Shown piece by piece: positions 60,721 through 64,000 of a stretch of DNA of 64,000 bases. Within the stretch, counting starts at the first letter, position 1, and every line of letters starts with the position of its first letter. The translations under genes and the position numbers were made by a program. A model generated the notes under the pieces. It was not told where the DNA came from and made no database searches. It saw only the letters and a program-made list of their open reading frames with translations. This DNA comes from Podarcis gaigeae. Lineage: Eukaryota. The stretch lies in assembly GCA_964106915.2 (NCBI GenBank), contig OZ066921.1; one strand, given 5' to 3'.

Positions 60721-62667
60721 ATGCCGAAAAGAAAATGTAAATTTTCTGTTGGGCTACAGAAGAAGTATACCTGTTTTAGAAGAGGTAGAGATGATTTTGA
60801 AGGCGAATGCATGATATGTAAACCAGGTACATTTGTCTCTGTGGCAAATAAAGGAGGACGTGACTTACAATCACACGTGGAGTCCGAAAAGCACAAAAAA
60901 GCAATTCGAGGCGAAGCTTCTTCAGCACAATTAACAGACTTTTTCATAAAACCATGTAGCAAATTGGAAGATGAAGTAACCGCAGCTGAAGGAACTTTTG
61001 CTTTTCACACTGTTAAGCACCACAACAGTTATAACGTGATGGCGTGCACATCAGGCCTACTGAAGACAACATTCCCAGATTCCAATATCGCAAGGAAGTT
61101 TTCAAGTGCAAAAACCAAGACAGAAGCAATTGTAAATTCTGTCTTGGCACCCGATTGTTTGGAAAATGTTTTGAAAAGCATTGAAGAAAATGACATATGT
61201 TATTGTGGAGTTTCTACTGATGGGAGTAACCATGGTTCAGTAAAGGTGTTTCCAATAGTTATTCAGTATTTTGACTGGAAAAGTGGTGGTTTGCAGTCCA
61301 AAATAATTGAAATGCGAAGCCAACCCAATGAGACTGCAGATACAATCTTGTCATACGTGAAGGAAACTCTTGAAAGTAAAGGACTGCTAAAGAAATGCAT
61401 AGCATTCATAGGTGACAACTGCAACACAATGTTTGGAGGGATACGATGGGATTCAGAAGGAAGAAATGTGTTCGCAAAGTTGAACAATGAGCTAGATAAC
61501 AAAACTTTAATTGGTGTGGGATGTCCAGGACACATTTTGAATAATTGTGTTCATCAGGCAGCAGAAACTTTGGACATTGATGTTGAGAGCATCATTTTCA
61601 AGATATACCAGTACTTTCACATCTATACAGTCCAAACGGAGCAGTTAAAGGAGTACTGTGAATTTGTAGATACTGAATACAAAAAGCTGCTATCTCATAG
61701 CAAGACAAGGTGGTTGTCATTATTTCCAGGCGTCAATAGACTCATTCGCGTGTTTCCAGCTGTCAAGGCATTTTTTCTCTCGCAGAATAATCCACCAACA
61801 GTGTTAAAAAGGTTTTTTGAGCACGCGTTTAGTGAGGTTTATTTATTGCACTTGCAGTCTCTCATGAGTATGTTTCACTCATATATTTTAGAACTCGAAA
61901 GGGAAAATAATTCAGTTGTAGAGGTTCTGAAAGTTCTGCTTTGTGTTCAGAATGTGCTCAATGAACATAAAAGCAACAACTTTATGTCCCTCAAAGTTAA
62001 GAGCCTTCTAGAAGAAAAGCGTAAGGAGGGTCTTGGTGCAGAGTGTAACAAATTCTATGCAGAAGTAAATAGCTTATATGACAGCTGCATAGAATATCTG
62101 GGAAAATGGATGGAGTCCATGAAAGAGTTTTCATGCTTCATGTGGATGTCTCTTAGTGAGTCACTTGAGTGGGATAAGGTAGAACTTTCCATAAAATTTC
62201 TCCTGGACAGGGATGTGTCCATAGATGATGTGAAATGCTTTGATCAATTCTGCAACCTCAAGAAGTTTGTGGATCAATACAAAGGTGAGGATAGGTTCAT
62301 TAATCTTCAGGCACATCAGAAGTGGACCAAGTACTTTGAGACTTCCCAAAACATGTGCCACTCAGAACTTTTGAAGATTGCACAGTTTTTTTTTGCTGTT
62401 GCATCACATGATAATGCAAATATGGAACACATTTTCTCTTTGATGCAGAGTTGGTGGAGCAAAGAAAGAGGCCACTTATCCTTGGAATCGCTGCGGAGTA
62501 TATTGCTAGTACAATATAATTATAAGCACTTTACTTGCAAGGAATTTCATGCTTATCTCTTAAGCAATAAGCAGTTGTTGAATAAGATAAGATCTACAGA
62601 GAAATATGCTTGGGCCAGACAACATCAGAAAGAAGAACAAAGTGCATTTGAAAGTGACATACCATGA
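60721..62667 (+). CDS. Intact hAT-superfamily (Blackjack-like) transposase or transposase-derived protein, 648 aa
   Basis: Single ORF from aaaATG (in-frame stop upstream at 60694). BED-like C-x2-C-x18-H-x5-H finger, STDGSN, IGDNCN, CPGH, KTRWLS, NMEHIFSLM, and a hAT dimerisation-like C-terminus. Confidence 0.92.
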   Translation: MPKRKCKFSVGLQKKYTCFRRGRDDFEGECMICKPGTFVSVANKGGRDLQSHVESEKHKKAIRGEASSAQLTDFFIKPCSKLEDEVTAAEGTFAFHTVKHHNSYNVMACTSGLLKTTFPDSNIARKFSSAKTKTEAIVNSVLAPDCLENVLKSIEENDICYCGVSTDGSNHGSVKVFPIVIQYFDWKSGGLQSKIIEMRSQPNETADTILSYVKETLESKGLLKKCIAFIGDNCNTMFGGIRWDSEGRNVFAKLNNELDNKTLIGVGCPGHILNNCVHQAAETLDIDVESIIFKIYQYFHIYTVQTEQLKEYCEFVDTEYKKLLSHSKTRWLSLFPGVNRLIRVFPAVKAFFLSQNNPPTVLKRFFEHAFSEVYLLHLQSLMSMFHSYILELERENNSVVEVLKVLLCVQNVLNEHKSNNFMSLKVKSLLEEKRKEGLGAECNKFYAEVNSLYDSCIEYLGKWMESMKEFSCFMWMSLSESLEWDKVELSIKFLLDRDVSIDDVKCFDQFCNLKKFVDQYKGEDRFINLQAHQKWTKYFETSQNMCHSELLKIAQFFFAVASHDNANMEHIFSLMQSWWSKERGHLSLESLRSILLVQYNYKHFTCKEFHAYLLSNKQLLNKIRSTEKYAWARQHQKEEQSAFESDIP

Positions 62668-62690
62668 GGTAATTAAAAGTAGAAGTTAGC

Positions 62691-62732
62691 AAATGTGTCC
62701 TCTTTTTTGTTCTTCAATATATGGCAACCTTA
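62691..62732 (+). mobile_element. Right terminus (TIR and subterminal motif) of the hAT element
   Basis: TGTCCTCTTTTT..ATATGGCAACCTTA; the reverse complement TAAGGTTGCCATAT resembles recalled Blackjack-type TAGGGTTGCCA ends. Confidence 0.65.
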
Positions 62733-63587
62733 GTCTGGAACTGAGAGGAGTGTTATGCACTGTTGACACTAAATAAATGTTTTGTACTGACAGTATATGG
62801 TGAATGCTAATGTATAAGTTTGCTTGAAGACAGAGATGCATTATTAAACGGTCTGTCTCCCCACACTGCCTCATATTTAAATCAAGCCTTGCAATTATGT
62901 ATTTGTGCCCCATCTCTCAGCATTAGTTCCCAAGGCAGTTTACAATGACATTTAAAAATCCATCCAAGAAATGAAAGGGCCCCTGAGCAAATGAATGGGG
63001 AGGGCACAGGAGGGTGACACAGCCAAGAGGAGCCTTGGGGCAGAGCAGCAGTCCCCTAGGATTGCTATCAGCCAGATAAGTCACTAAAGTGTAGTGCCAG
63101 TTCCCTCCCTTCAAAACATATTAGTATTAAAAGCTGAAAAACTATAGGAGAGCCAATATACTCGCACGCACCCTCCACTGGTATAGACCATCTAGCAGGA
63201 CCATCAAGACATTTTCAATCCCAAATCTGGGTCAGAATCAATTTTATAGCAAATGTGGTTATAGTATGAACAAGAATTGAGAAAAAAATATTTTAAGACA
63301 CAGTTTGCCAGTCTGACTTGCACTGCCACAATGATGTCTCCCAGCCCACATAAAGCCCCTGAACTCCTGGCTTACTGCCCCCTTGATCATGAGATGATGA
63401 GATTCCTTACCACCTTCTCCCTTGAAAAGTACTTAGAACTGAAGGAGGCAGTTGGACACCCGTTTCCCGCACGATGTGCTCTCAAGGCTCAGATTAATTC
63501 TACTGGACCCAACTTTTGCACAAATCCCTTGGAAAAGTGGTGAGTGCATGCACACTTTCTCTTCACACCCCTGGTTGATGTTAACTG

Positions 63588-63990
63588 TCGTGGTTACAGG
63601 TAGGTAGCCGTATTGGTCTGCCGTAGTCGAAACAAAAAAAAAATTCCTTACAGTAGCACCTTAGAGACCAACTAAGTTATTGGTATGAGCTTTCATGTGC
63701 ATGCACACTTCTTGAGATACACTGAAACAGAAGTCTCCAGACCCTTATATATTGTGAGAGGGTGGGGAGGGGTATTACTCAGAAGGGTGGTGGGAATTGC
63801 AGTCGTTAACAGTCTATCAGCTAATCACCCATTCCCACCACCCTTCTGAGTAATACCCTCCCCACCCTCTCATTATATATAAGGGTCTGGTGACTTCTGT
63901 TTCAGTGTATCTCAAGAAGTGTGCATGCACATGAAAGCTCATACCAATAAAAAACTTAGTTGGTCTCTACTGGAAGGAACTTTTTTATTT
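63588..63990. mobile_element. Penelope-like insertion made of two inverted pLTR arms
   Basis: Arms at about 63634-63798 and 63831-63990 are near-perfect reverse complements, each with a hammerhead-like core. Flanking 9-bp repeat TGTTAACTG at 63579 and 63991. Confidence 0.8.
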
Positions 63991-64000
63991 TGTTAACTGA

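Overview
Vertebrate genomic DNA, most likely a squamate and probably a lacertid lizard, judged from Sauria SINEs and the repeat repertoire. Genes in order: last coding exon of OSCP1 (+); LSM10 (+); the complete pseudokinase STK40 (+, 10 coding exons, 433 aa, plus a CpG-island first exon); EVA1B (+, 162 aa); a convergent IQCC (-, 5 coding exons, 226 aa); and an uninterrupted 648-aa hAT transposase ORF (+), head-to-head with IQCC across a CpG island. The transposase keeps its zinc finger, D/D/E residues and CxxH/RW motifs. It has only a right TIR and is bracketed by host-type splice signals, making it a candidate domesticated transposase (ZBED6-like architecture) and the best lead here. Other notable points: the homologous IQCC exon 4 donor reads AT rather than GT; the STK40 leader has staggered in-frame ATGs and an overlapping uORF; Penelope-derived insertions carry hammerhead ribozyme cores; gene order differs from human after EVA1B. 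Introns and intergenic DNA hold many SINE, LINE and MITE copies. Gene identities rest on recalled vertebrate protein motifs and manual splice-site reading; no searches were run.
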